From the NCBI RefSeq assembly GCF_009914755.1, contig NC_060927.1: a DNA stretch of 64,000 nt. One strand, given 5' to 3'. The notes under the pieces are model-generated. The model was not told where the DNA came from, made no database searches, and worked only from the letters and a program-made list of their open reading frames with translations. The translations under genes and the position numbers were made by a program. Of this stretch, positions 14,505 to 28,154 are shown one piece after another (within the stretch, counting starts at the first letter, position 1; each line of letters opens with the position of its first letter). The stretch comes from the human T2T-CHM13v2.0 reference genome, Homo sapiens.

Positions 14505-15148
14505 AAAAGGTAAAATAGTAAAGCACTTGGAAAACAGTTTGGCAGTTTTTAATCAAGTTCAATAGACACTTACCATGTGTCCCAGAGTTCCATCTCTAGG
14601 TATTTTCCCAAGATAAATGAAAACATGTGTCCTCACAAAGAACTTGTAAACAAGTGTTCATAGCAGCTTTATTCATAATAGCCCTAAACTGGAAACAATT
14701 CAGCTGTTTATCATCAGATGAATGAATATACGAATTGGTCATATCCCTGTAATGGAATACTACTCAACAGTTAAAAAAAAAAAAAAAAAAAAGCAAACCA
14801 CTGATACCTGCAGCAAATGGATAAATTTCGCAGATGTTAGGCTTGGTGAAAGCCAGACACAAAAGATTCTATTTAATTTCATTTTTGTAAAAATCTAGAA
14901 CACACAAAAGAAACCTACAGTGATAGAAAGCAGATCATTTGCTTGGAGTGAGGGTTGGGGAGGAGATTTAACTGTAAAGGGACACAAGGGAACTTTATGG
15001 AGAGACAGAAGTGTTCTGTGTCTTGATTATAGTAGTGGCTACACAAGCGTATACTTTTGCCAAAACTCGCCAATCTGTGCACTTAAAATGGTGAATTTTA
15101 TTGTATGTAAATCATACCTCAATAAAGTTAATTTTAAAAAGAAAAGAA
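14505..15148 (+). mobile_element. L1MB/MC 3' end
   Basis: ggaaaacagtttggcagttt ... gtatgtaaatcatacctcaataaagtt followed by an A-rich tail. Confidence 0.85.
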
Positions 15149-16029
15149 ATGTCTCTTAAAAGGGAACAATGAAGGAGTAAGGGATATTCAATAATTTTAA
15201 AATGGGGTCAAGCAGCCCTACAGTTGATTGCAGAAGGTTACTGTCACCCTCTAGGCATCCATTCTCTGGAACTCCCAGAGAAATACAAATGAGCAGCCCG
15301 TAACTGCATTTGTTCTTTGTCCAAGCCAGCTGAGGGATCTGGTCTGAAAACTAGTTCTGCAGAAGCAAAGCTGCTTCACCTGATTGAAGGTTCCCACTCA
15401 CCATGAGTGAGGCTGGTGACCTTTCTCCCACTTTTTGTGCGCTGTCTCTGATGATAGTCCCTCTGTTTTCTGGAACCTTGCCAATTCCAAGTGTAGCCCC
15501 AAAGTCATTTTGGGTGTACCACCTGGTGAAAATGTAAGCAGCACATCAGACCTCACTGCAGCCTTGAAAGATTATCCCCAGTGGGCTATCTCCAGTTTAC
15601 AAACCAACTGGACTTCAAGGTAAGAGACAGTGAAGAAGCTATTTGACTCTTAGAACACATTTCCTGATTAAAATACTATTATGAATGGTAAAAACAAACA
15701 AAAAAATATAGGCTGATCTCTAAAAGGCCACTAGAGTTCTAGGACATCACAGCCCTCATGTAACCTCAAGACCACCTGGATCCTTTGTTCCTATTCCCAC
15801 TTCAAGATCGTGTCTCTTCATACTGGACATAGGAATCAACCTTACTTGCAGACCTTTAAGGATAAGTTGTCTTTCCTATGACACATTTTTAAACCTTGCA
15901 ATCATTTCTGCTTATAGCTGTCTATCTAGAGTCATATGTAATCTAGCAGACATTTCTAGGCATTGCGACAGACCCACTAGGGATTGTAGCACATGCATTA
16001 GAGTGTGGCCAAGCCAGGTAAGGTGTGAC

Positions 16030-16205
16030 TCAAAGAGCCTGCACTAAGAGCAAGACAGTCCTGGACTGTGGCTCAGCTCTGCTACATTCCAGCTGTGAAG
16101 TTTTAGGCAAATTACTTAATCCATTTGTATGTTTCCTCATCTGTAAGATAACTATGATCATAATACCTAGTTTAAAAGGTTATCATGTGGGTTTAATGAG
16201 GTAGC
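16030..16205 (+). mobile_element. MIR SINE
   Basis: MIR core (ggcaaattacttaat...gtttcctcatctgtaa). Confidence 0.7.
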
Positions 16206-16209
16206 GGAG

Positions 16210-16700
16210 GAGTTCCATTTACTAATGCTGAGCAATAAAACCACCCCAAAAATTAGCATCTTAAAATAATGACACCATTCATTTTGTTTGAAAGTGTGCA
16301 ATCTGGAAAATACTTAGTGGGGACAGCTTGTCTCGGCTTCCGTTGGCATCAGCTGGGCTGAAATCACCTGAAGATTTGCCCACTCACATGTCTGGCAGTT
16401 GCTGCTGGGAAGATTCACATAGCTGGAGGCTTGGACAGCTGGGACTCCTAAGCATCTCTCTCCATCTCGTGTGGTCTCTCAAGCATGGCAGCTTCAGGGT
16501 AGCCAGATTTATTACAAGTTATCTTTCATGACCTGGGCTTGGAACTCATGGAATAACTTCTGCATAGTCTCAAAAACCTGGCCATATGAAAGAGGAGGGA
16601 ATGCAGACACCACTTCTCAGTAAATAGCAACATCACATTGTAAGAACCTATGGGATGAGATATTTTGGTACAGTCATGTTTGGAAAATATAACCTGGCAT
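16210..16700 (-). mobile_element. MaLR MLT1 solo LTR
   Basis: aaccaccccaaaa...cattcattttg; homologous to the copies near 25958 and 28542. Confidence 0.75.
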
Positions 16701-18181
16701 AGTAGAAAACTGCTTAACACCTGGAAAAAGTAGGACCAAATAAATGATATGTATTTGACCATTCCTATCACCACCCCCCCACCTCACTATCACTTCTATA
16801 ATTAGCATTATTAGTGCTATTGCCAGTAAACCTGATGCACCTTTCAATACTGATGATGTGATGCTTGCCCTTCCTGCTGTGGGGAGATGAGGGTCACAGA
16901 CCCAAGGATACTTCCAGGAAATGCTGTAACAGAAACTTTGCTGCAGGCCCAAAAGTTCCGCAACATAATTCGCTGTGCATGAAGATGATATCATTGTTAT
17001 GAGCAAAGATGCCTGCAAATACACAAGCTGAAAATAAAAAGGAAACTGGTTGTGGGTGGGGTGAAAAAGGCTTTTGTAGAAAGATGAGTTTGTTCTGAAC
17101 CTGCAGCCTCCTCCACAGTGATGATGTCCCATGGAGCCCCTTCTTTCCAGCCCTCCACTCCTACTCCCCCAGGGAAACAAATGTGGCCAGAGCTACCAAA
17201 TCCTTTAATTCACAATGTGTCATACCCACACCATGGTGCAGGGGCTTCTTTGGACTCATGTCCCTCTCTATGACCCTACTGAAGACCAAGGGCAAATTTT
17301 GGGCTTTATCAGCTGTAACGCATTCATTTGGTAGGAGCCCAAAATAAAATAAAGGCTATAAATACGAAGTGCAAAATCATGGAGTTAGTGTAGAATCTTT
17401 TCCTAATAGGAAAGGAGCTCTGCAGCCACCTCTAATCCTCCCCTAGCTTATGGTGCTCTCAGGAAGCAGCTCTATTTAGAGGCTGATCCGCTTGTCACAA
17501 GCTGGCTCCTGAGCTCTTGCTGCTTCTCTCTTGCACTCTCTCTGAACCTGGGTTGTCCATCTGCCCCACATCCTGCTGGTGCTAGCACAATACAGGAAAT
17601 AATAAACACACCTTTTGAGGTCACGCTTTACAAATGCAAATTATTTTCATTGAGGGCACACAGTTTAGATCCAATTTGTTCTTGGCTCTCTTTAGATTAA
17701 AAAGGTGCAGAGGGCAGGGGACCCAGCCGGGCCAGAGGGTGTTGTTTCCAGAAAAAGCAGCATCTAAAGGAGCCAAGCAGAATGGGATGGAGATGTGCTG
17801 TAGGCCACCTAACTACTTTTATGTCAAACTTACTACATGCGTGGACCATTTCTGTGTGGCCTTCCCTGCCCTGCCTTTTCTCCAATACTATTGTGATGAA
17901 CAACTTGGTCTTCTCCTCTAACTGAATTGGTTAGTGATCCCTCTGTACTCCCTTAGGGAAGTACCTCTTACACTTTGGTCAGATCCGAATCACCTGGACA
18001 CATAGCTTGCTGAGCCTTTCCCCAGTGTTTCTAATTCAGTCCATCTGGAACAGGGACCCAACAGTCTGTAGTTCCAACAAATTCCCAGGTGATACCGATG
18101 CTGGTTGTTCACTCTTAGAATAGTTTTTCTGGCAGTACATATACCTTTATGATGGTATTTCTTATGTTCTGCTTTTCATTA

Positions 18182-18470
18182 TTTTTTTTTTTTTGAGACA
18201 GGATCTTGCTCTGTCATCCAAGCTGAAGTGCAGTAGCGTGATCACAGTTCACCGCAGCCTCCTGGGCTCAAGCGATCCTCCCACCTCAGCCACCTGAGTA
18301 ACTGGGACGACAGGTGCGCACCACCACACCCAGCTAATTTTTTGCATTTTTTTAGAGACAGGGTTTTGCTATGTTGCCCAAGCTGGTTTTGAACTTGTGG
18401 GCTCAAGCAATCTGCCTACCTTGGCCTCCCAAAGTGCTGGGGTTATAAGCATAAGCAACTGCTCCCGGCC
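18182..18470 (-). mobile_element. AluJ
   Basis: Poly(T), then gagacaggatcttgctctgtc...ctcctgggctcaagcgatcctccc (J-type diagnostics). Confidence 0.92.
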
Positions 18471-18499
18471 TGTTATTATTTTTATAGCAAAGACTTAGG

Positions 18500-18775
18500 T
18501 CAGTACTGTCCAATAGAAATATACAAGCCACATATATAATTTTAATTTGTATAGCAACCACATGAATTAAAGTGGAAAATTAATAATTAGCCCAATATAT
18601 CAAAAATAATTCAACATGTAATCAATACAAAAATTAATGGAATATTCTACCTTGTTTCATACTAAGTCTTTGAAACTGCATATATATTAATATTTTATAC
18701 TTAACGGTACACAACTACATTTAGAGTGCTTAATAGCCAAATGTGGCTAGTGTCTACCATATTGGGCAAGGCAGA
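18500..18775. mobile_element. hAT-Charlie MITE, MER33/MER3-like
   Basis: cagtactgtccaatagaaat ... gtggctagtgtctaccatattgggca terminal repeats. Confidence 0.75.
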
Positions 18776-18779
18776 CTTA

Positions 18780-19010
18780 AATAATGCTTACTGTGTACCA
18801 GACAGTGGTACAGACTCCTTACATGTTAACTCCTTTAGTCTTCACAATAATCCAATGAGGTGGCTACTGTTATAATTCTCATTTTACTTGTGAGGAAACA
18901 GGCACAAAGAGCTTAAATAACTTGTCCCAGGCCACTGAGCTAGAAATTGGGAGAGAGAAGTTTGAACCTTGGCAGTCTGGCCTCAGGGTCAGCCACTTTA
19001 CCACAAGCCT
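18780..19010 (-). mobile_element. MIR SINE
   Basis: MIR core (tgaggaaacaggcacaaagagcttaaataacttgtcccagg). Confidence 0.75.
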
Positions 19011-19533
19011 TTCCTGCTCAACTACAACTCCCTGAACAGTAGGAAGGAAACATTATTTCTTTGTGTGTCCCATAGCATAGGCAATGCTTAGCTCAGACAG
19101 GACAGCCAGTAAGTGTGTGCTGGATGAATTAAATGAGTGAGAAGAAGGTGAAGCACTGACAAGGGATTTGTCAAACATGTTCTTCCAACAGGATTAAGTG
19201 CCTCCAACCATCACTGTATATGACTGAGAGGAAATATTTTAAAATTAAATTTGAAATCGCCTAGTCATAATGAGCTTCCAGGATAATGGAAGGATGTGAG
19301 AAAATACATAATGACAAGAATAAAAGGCTTATATACCATCTATTAGAGTGGCAGTCATGATTAGAGTGACCAGAACCTGGAAGGAGTACATGAAGGAAGC
19401 CTACCTGAAAGGGGTAAATCCTTAAAGGGATGTTAAATTGGATGAAAGGAATACTGTGGAGAAAGACATGGGAAAGGATTGACAAGAAGGAAGAATTGTC
19501 TCCCTCATCATGAACATTAATTGAAATATCATC

Positions 19534-19993
19534 TGTGGCAGACCTGGTTCCCAGGAAGCAGATTAGGACCTGGAAATCTGCATACAGGAGGTTTTCCAGA
19601 AGTACTGCCAGAATCAACACCTTCAGGAAAGTAAGAGAAGCCGGATCAGGCAGGGGGGGAAGTTGGGCTGCAACACAGTCACGCCAAGTCCTTACCCAAC
19701 CCTACGGAGAACTCCAGAGCTGGGATGGCTCTTCATAGTCTTCCCAAATTGAAGCAAGGCAGCTCTTTTAAGGCAGCTCCATTCCTTTTACAGGAACCAG
19801 TCATTGGATACTGGTTTCCCAGGAAAGGCGTGTAACCTTGAGCAAGGCAGCTTTCTTAATCTGAGGGCAATAGCTGAAGAGAAGTTCAGCTGTGTGCTAT
19901 TATCTGGCATCCCTCCTAGCAGCTCCGGAATGAGAACCTCATTGTTGTGGGTTGGGGAAGGAATCTGGGTAGTGGACTACAGCATCCACTACA
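19534..19993 (-). mobile_element. ERVL solo LTR, LTR33-like
   Basis: The reverse complement begins TGTAGTGGATGCTGTAG; ends are TG..CA; possible 5-bp TSD tcatc/tcaac. Confidence 0.75.
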
Positions 19994-21589
19994 TCAACCC
20001 GATGCAAAATCTAAAAGAACCAAAAAGAGGACATCATGATAAATGGAAAGAGCTAGACAGAATCCCAACCCTGCCAGCTTATATGGGAAATAGATGCAAG
20101 GCCATAAAGCTAGTGAGTAGATTTATACCTAGTTTTCTGTAATTCTGGCATTTATTTTCTCTCCATAACTCCTCAGGAAAGAGAAAAGGGAGGGCACAGG
20201 AAATACACATAGGGTGGTATTTATATTTATGCGTACCTGGGTTTGTTAAGAGCTATGGTTGGGGTGAGGGAGGATCAGCTAAGCAAATCTCAGAGGCAAG
20301 GAGCCACTTTCTCTTACTCCCGCTCTCTAGGACATAGGGGCAGCTACCCTTCTGTTACTGAGGAAGGTGTTTCTACAAGAGACAACATCCCCAAGTTGGG
20401 TTGTGGTGCTCTGTCTCCCCACTTCCAAGCTTAGCCTGGAGATAAGAGCCTTTCAGGGGATGCACTTAAGCTTTCATCTTGGTCTTATTTTCTTGGGCTC
20501 AACTCAGAGTCAGGGTTTGAACTATATCCCCGGCTGGAATGGGGGCCAGACCAAAATGGAACAGCCCTAGAGAGCCTGCCTCTCCAGGGTCATCTGTTTG
20601 TCATCTCCAAGGTCTGGTGAAGCTAGGAGCCCTTTAATCAGGTGATGAGCTCACCAGGAGCAGAAGTAATCAGGAATAACTACTAAAGAAGTTTGCAGCT
20701 GGCAGAGTCTGCAGCTGAGAATAGAAAGAGGGAGACAGAGAAGTGGGGGAGTATGAAAAAAACAGTAATAGACTTAGTTGTGCATCTTGGCTCCACCTTG
20801 AATGTGTGACCTTGGATAAATCTTTTAACCTCTCTGAACTTTAGTTTTAGGGAATGAAACACACCTTACAAAAGCTGCTTAAGTATCAAATCAGTTTTTG
20901 GGAGTAAAGTTATTTGCAGATGTGGTAGGTGCTTAATAAATGTGTGTTCCTCTTCTGAGCATAACACAGGGTAAAGTGTTTATGCCTATGGATAAACTTT
21001 ACAAAATTTGCCAGAATTTTCCCTACCAGTATGCATCTTATTGCCCATGGTGGGGAATGAGATAGTAGCAGCTGAGATCCATGGCTAAGATCAGGATACT
21101 AGTTTATCTGGGATACACAAAGCCACACTCAGCCCTCAATAAATGTTTGTTGAATATGTACATGAGGACATGAACAAATGGTGGAGTGGTGATAAGAGAA
21201 CTCAGCTTTCCCTTCTTCCAGGAAGCCTTCCCAGGTTCCTCCAGCTTTCTTGGGTTCCGTGACAAGCTTCTACATGTGCAATATGCTCCACCCAATGTGC
21301 TTCTGAATTATAGGCCATCTTCCATTGTTCTCTCCTTGTTCTTTGTATGTTGAGCTTGTCTCCTTGGCTTGACATGGACAAATGGTGTTATTAGTTTTTC
21401 TACCAGAAAGCCACAGTGAATCATTCAGGTATGCAGATCCACAGATTTGTAGCCCAAAAGAGAATAATTAAAAGGTGGAGGGTGAGTACCCTTATAATCA
21501 CATAGGACATGGGTTAAGATTTGTCCTTTTCTACCTCATAGGGTTTTGTGAAGATTAAGATGATACAGGGAAATTGATTAGTACAGTGT

Positions 21590-22038
21590 TGTCATGCTGG
21601 ACCCTTGTTGACTTCAGTAGTGATGGTACCATGTTCAACAGGCTGAAAAAGAGACCTGCAGCCAGCAAATGAGACATCAGGTTTATTGAGGGGACTCACA
21701 TACAGAGGAGTCCAGTGGTGATGAGCTGGATAGAACTGCATCTGCTGGTAAAAAGCATGCAGTTGATATAGCATTTTCACTTAGCGCCCTCCCCCTAACA
21801 ACCTCCACCTGTCAACTTTCATTTAACCCAAAACAAAGGGCTTCAGTCCCCTGTACAGCCTGCACTCCATGAAATGGGCCAGAGGTTTAGATGTTTCCCA
21901 TAAGTAAGGAATGAATCTCCAGATCGGCCACTTCCAGATTTCTTAGCTTGGAATTCCAAGCACACATTCTTCTTAGACCATAGTGTCATTCTCAGGATAG
22001 GCTTAAGGTAAGCCATTGCTGTCAGGTGCAGCCATACA
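21590..22038 (-). mobile_element. ERVL solo LTR (LTR47-like) inserted in a MIR
   Basis: TG...CA ends with a 5-bp TSD agtgt (21585-89) / agtgc (22039-43). The MIR 3' end resumes afterwards (cctagcacatagtagacactcaataaat). Confidence 0.8.
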
Positions 22039-23699
22039 AGTGCCTAGCACATAGTAGACACTCAATAAATAGAAATTTAACATTAATGATGGTATCAGTA
22101 TTGATATTGGGGAGGGTGGTAGATAGTGGAGGAGGGAAAAGGAGAAGAAAGCTTTTTAATTCCCAAGCACGCACAGCCTGGAGGGCTGAGTTTCAGAATT
22201 CAGTTGCAAAATTCAGCTTATGCCCAAAACTCAAATTACACCTTGGGGTATGGCATCCTGCCTTGAAATGGGAAATTAGGCAGTCTCACAAGGATGCACA
22301 GCTGTGTTGCCTGAGCTGTTTCGTTCCAGGCAAACTGGAGCCGGCAGTGAACCTTTGGCAACTGAGGAGAGCAGGGCCAGACAGCTTTGCAGCCATCCAA
22401 CAGAACCAAGTGAGAATACCAAGCAGCTTTGCACAGTGCTCCAGGAGAAGCCACAGGGTCTCAGGAGCAGGCAGGCTGTGTGCCAGAGGGAGCAGACCCC
22501 CTCCTTAGACATCAGCCCTTCCTCAGGTAGGCCTGCCCATCCCCTCTTCCTGGACACTTGGCCACTGTCTCTGCTAACCACTAGCCGCTGCCTCTTCTCC
22601 TTCCTCCTCAACAAGTTCTTTTGTGAGGGGAGAGAAAGTGCTGAGAGATGTCAGCATGCCTGGGAGGATGTCAGGTCAAAAGCCCCAATGTTCTTTTTAG
22701 GTAAGTGATTCTCAGGCATGATCAGGCCAGGACATTGTGTCTTTTTCCTTTTCTGGCTTTGGAGAATTTGAAGCTAAGGGTACACAGATGCTGGTGTGCT
22801 CAAGTCAGGTACTTTAGGCAGGTCCCAGGACTCTCCAAGAGGTTCCCTAGGAGTCCCAAAGGTCCTGTTATGCTCTCTGACGAGTGCACTGGACCAGACC
22901 CCAAGCCATGGGCTGCAAGCTCTGGGGATTCAGTGCACTGGGTTTATAGGAGCCAAGTGTTCCGGAGACACCACTGCAGGCCTGTCCCTTGCATCTCTAG
23001 GGAGTGCCTAGGTCCTTCATGAGGCTGTTCTATTAGCTGCCCCCCTAACAAAAACTCCTATTTGTCCTATTTCCTGCTGCTGTCATCACAGCCTTCCAAA
23101 AGCATAAACCTTGAACCAGAAAGCAAAAGCTGAGACTTGTCTCTGTAAAATCCAAATCTTGGCAGACACTCTCACACCATCCTTTAGAACTCTGGAGAGA
23201 AATGCAGGCCAGTTTGCCTAGGTAATTAGGAATGGAGCTTACCATGGGGGGAGCAATTGTGGAATGAGAGGGTCTCTGCAGCAGATCAACAGGAGTTAGG
23301 TTCCAGCTCAGCTTTCTCCTGCCTCACTCTGGCCTGTGGGATGTGTGTGCATTTGATGCAGTTAATGTTAATCACAGAAGCAAGCAAAGTAAAAAGATAA
23401 ATACATGCACTCACACACACACACACACCCTGAATTGGCATGTCACAGGACTGATGTTGTTTACTGCTTGCTTTCATTGACATTGTCTCCAAAGAAATAA
23501 ACATCTATGATTTTGTGGTAAGCATTCAGCTGCAAATAACTCAAATGTGTGGAATTATTCTTTCATTCTCACATGGTTTCAAAAGTATTATTGTGCTCTT
23601 ATGATGTATCAGATAGTGAACTAAGCTCTGAGGCTCCAGATGGCTCCGTTCAAGAACTCACAGCCCCATGGGAGGGTATAAGTTTAGTTTAGAAACTAA

Positions 23700-23930
23700 A
23701 ATAAGAGTTATCACCTATTTAATGTGAGGCACTGTGTGGGGCTTTCCAAGCATCTTAATCGCATATTCCTACCCTAAAAGCACTCTGCACATAGGCATTA
23801 TTTTCCTTCTCATACAGCTGAGAAAAACGAAGCTTAACTAATTTGCCTGAAGTCTACAACTAGAAAATTACAAAGCCAAGATTGAACGCAAATCCCACTG
23901 ACCCCAAGCCCATGGCCCTCCCACTATGCC
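23700..23930 (-). mobile_element. MIR SINE
   Basis: Degenerate MIR core. Confidence 0.6.
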
Positions 23931-24739
23931 CTCTACCGAAGGTCTCTGCGGGGAAGAGTCACAATAGGAACAGGAACAGAGTGTCTGGGAGCACTGGGCA
24001 GGGAGCCACCATTTCTACCTGGGGAGTTGAGGGACCTTGACCTTGCCAAGACAAAGAGACAGTCAAGTTGGGTTTTGGAGATGAATACATCATCACCGAG
24101 CAGGAAGGGAGTATGGGCAGAAATTGTGAACGAGACTGGACGTATCCGTGTCCAGCATCGTATGTGGCTTCCACATTTAAGCAACAGGGTAATCTAGCCC
24201 CGTGGTACTGACAAATAAGCTTTGATTTTCATTCAGCCTGCTTGGTCAAGAAAGTAGTGGCTGTTTATATTACATGGGTGGTGTTTACCCTGACTCCACA
24301 GTTGGAATTTGAACAGGTTAAAAACTGTATGTTCAGGTTGTTGTCTCTCTGACCATTTCACCTAACTCCATACTTTGAATTAGAATGTTTAAAAAGAATC
24401 AGGAAATATAGACAGATAAAGCAAGTCTTAGAATTTTCCCTCCTCTCTCTAAGTGGACTCCAAAGCACATCAGTAGATAAATTTGATTAGAATCTATCAA
24501 CTAGGCTAAAAGAGATCCAAGGATCCAGAAGCTGGCATTAAGGCAGGGAGCATCTCAGCAACCATACCCTTACTTTGCCACCTGCATGCCCGCATCTGTG
24601 GGTACATGATCTCACACCAGGGTGCTGGGAAAGATGCCTACAAGCCTCCCTTCAGTTATGTCCCCTTCTAGAGCCCACCCCACGGGGTAGCCTTCACATT
24701 GCATTGTCCCTGCTGTCTGCCATCCATGCACCATTTTAA

Positions 24740-25295
24740 AAATATATTTTTAAAATTTAGAAGTTTTAACTATACAGAAAAGTTGCAACAGTAGTGCAGA
24801 GTTCCTAGATGCCTTGTTTCTACTTTCCTCTGTGATTAGCATCTTATATTACTGTAGTGCATTTGTCACAGTTAGTAATATGGATACATTATTATTAACT
24901 GAAGTAGCACTTTGTTCAGACTCCCTTTTTTTTTTTTTTTTTGCCTAATGTCCTTTTTCTCTTCCAGGATGTCATCTGGGATACCACATTACATTTAGTC
25001 TTCATGTCCCCTTACACTCCCCTTGGCTGTGACAGCTGCTCAGACCTTCTTTGCTTCTGACCCTTTGCAGTTTTGAGTACTGGTCAGCTATTTTATAGAC
25101 TATCCCTCAATTGGGATTTGTCTGATGTTTTTCTTATAACTATACTGGGATTATAGGTTTGGGAGGGGAAAACTACAGAGAGAAAGCACCTCTTTCATAT
25201 CAAGGGTACATATTGTCATCATGACATTATCACTGTGGATGCTGGCCTTGACCACCTGGCTGAGGTCGTGTCTCTCTGGTTCTCTACTGTAAAGC
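24740..25295 (-). mobile_element. L1MC-type 3' end fragment
   Basis: tatacagaaaagttgcaacagtagtgcagagttcc ... ccttgaccacctggctgagg. Confidence 0.75.
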
Positions 25296-25649
25296 AGGGA
25301 ACAGTTTTTATGAGCTTCTTCCTTTTAGTTTGGGAGGGTACAAGGCAGTCTGGACTGATGCATTTGTGTTCTTTCCCATGATGTCAGAGAGATGTTCCAT
25401 GAATATTAATGATCTTTTTATTTTATCAGAGGCTGAGTTGACCTTTTCATCCATCTAATTTGACTCTCATTTTTGTTTATGTGAGGCAAGTCTTTGAGAG
25501 AACACTTTTCGTATGTGAGTTTATGCTCCTGTCACCGCAAATTGTATTTCCTTCTATACTATTAGCTCCTTAAAGGAAATGGCTATGTCCTCAATATGCA
25601 GACACCATATAACAGCCTCCAGCTTTATTCCGTCTGTTTCCCCAGCCCA

Positions 25650-25651
<2 letters not shown>

Positions 25652-25696
<45 letters not shown>
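25652..25696. repeat. (GT)22 microsatellite
   Basis: Perfect dinucleotide run. Confidence 0.98.
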
Positions 25697-25697
<1 letters not shown>

Positions 25698-25957
25698 CAG
25701 GAAGCTTCATGGCCCTCCTAGTATGCATTTGTTCCTTATTTCCCTGAGGGAACCTGTGGCTGTTGATCAGAGAAATCATGATGCTGTAGAAAGAGCCTGG
25801 CATTGAGATGTTTCCCTTCTCTGAGTCTGGTCAGGAAAGGAGGACAGTAAGGAAACCCAAGTTAAAATCAGCCCGTTGAGCTCCAGCACTTAAAAGCCCT
25901 TGATGTCTCAATCCAGAGTGGTCACTGAAAGAGCTTTGATTTCACTTCTACATGGAT

Positions 25958-26540
25958 GGTATTCCAGTTACTGCTGCTGCCTAACAAACCACTGCAAAAC
26001 ATAGTGGCTTAGATCAATAACAATCATTCATTTTGCTCATAAGTCTGTAGCTGGGGAGGAGTCACTTGTCTCTGCTCTCCCCAGACTCAGCTACATGGGC
26101 TGAGTCTAAGTCAGCTTGATGGGCTGGAAGGTCCACTTTCAAGATAGCTCATTCACATGGCCAACAGGGTTGTATTGCTATCATCTGGAAGTTAGGCTGA
26201 GGCTGAAGGCCGTGAACCTCAGTTCCTTTCCACATGGGCCCCTCTCTGGGCTGCTCAGACTTCCTCGCAGCATGGCAGCTGGCTCCCAAGAGTAAGCACC
26301 ACAAGAAAACCAAGAAGTAGCCATACCACCTTTTATGATCTGACCTTAGAAGTCAGGTAGCATCACTGCAGCCAGTCACAAACCCACAAAAAAAAAAAAA
26401 AAAAAAAAAACCCACCCAGATTTAAAGGAAGGAACATAGACCTTACCTGTCAACAGGAGAGCCAAAGTCACATTTAGGAAGAGTAAGCACATTGGAATGT
26501 ACTGTGGTGGTCATTTTTGGAAAACACCAGCTGCCACAGA
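25958..26540 (-). mobile_element. MaLR MLT1 solo LTR containing an A23 insertion
   Basis: gtattccagttactgctgctgcctaacaaaccac ... ctgccaca. Confidence 0.8.
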
Positions 26541-27803
26541 TGGCTAGTAAGTGATTTAGGAGGGTTTCTTATTCTTCAGCGAATATGTCTTGTAGCCTAG
26601 GTGCTAGACTAGATATGGGCATATAACATGGAATCAGACATGGTCCCAGCCCTGGCAGCTTCCACTTCAGACAGGGAAACAGACAAGACACTGGCCATTT
26701 CCATTCAGAGAGGTGAGAGCTGGAGTAGAGATAAGCTTATAGGTTATAAGCACACAAGGAGGGATTCCTAACAACAGTTTCAAGGCCCAGGAAGAATTCT
26801 CAGATGAGTTCTAGGTGAGAAATGTTTGTACCAAGTTGAATCAAATGACTAAGGCAAAAAAGCTAAAGCTGAAGATTAAAGGCAGCATAGTTGCCCCCAA
26901 GTGTTGCTGCATTTGGGGAAAGATTTGTTTTTTTGTCATGGTCATCACAGCTGTTACTATTATTATCTTCATCAAGCATTCCTCTACTCATGTAGGACAT
27001 TTTCCTGGATCAAAAATTTCTCAGTTTCCAGGATTTCTTGGGCAGTCAGGATCAGAGAAACCTGGGTTTAAATCCTGGTACTGCTACATGGTGGTCATTT
27101 TGACCTCAGACAAATGACTTTAACCATATGTGAATGTGGAGATGATGGGGGACTTGAGCTGAAAATTTGTCATTCTTCCCTGTTTCTTACCCCTGGGAAA
27201 AGGCCTATGCTTACTCTGTGTGGGTGTGTGTTCACGTGTGTTTGTTCATATGTTTTTTAGGAGACCATGGTCTGTCAGCCCCCTAGAGCTTCAGCACAAG
27301 GTGAATTCATGTTGGCTGAAGGCCATAGGTGTGTCTGGGGCACACAAGCCCTGTCTCACATGACTTTCTTGCTGGAATGTATTCAAGAGATTGTACTCTG
27401 GGAAGCAGTTTCCCAAAGTACAAGTCATGGACCTCATCAGTCTAGCTGTTGAACCAGTAATCTCAGAGATGTCTGTAATCTACCAAACAATGGTCCCAGT
27501 TAGCTCTAAGCAGAACTTTCTGTCCTTCAGCCTTGTTATCTGAGGCATGTTCCCAGCAGGATTTTATAGTAGGGAACATTTTAAATGTGGCAACCTGTAG
27601 TGAGGGAAGCAGAAAAGATTTGCACTCAAAACTCCTTGGTTTCATAAAGAAGTGAAGTCACAGGCATGGATTGCCTCTTAAGATCAATCACCCAGCTCAC
27701 CCTGAAGTCAGTGATACATATTTATTTTTGGTTAAGGGAAACCATGCTCCAAGGAATTAGAAGTTTATATTTGATCTTTAATAAAAGGAATCATTGGAGT
27801 TCA

Positions 27804-28136
<333 letters not shown>

Positions 28137-28141
28137 AAATT

Positions 28142-28154
28142 TAGATAGATAGAT

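Noticed and set aside
22026-23022. Cluster of 100-160 aa ORFs
   Set aside because: No recognisable homology, non-ATG starts and no consistent exon frame. Only the splice motif at 22700 was kept.
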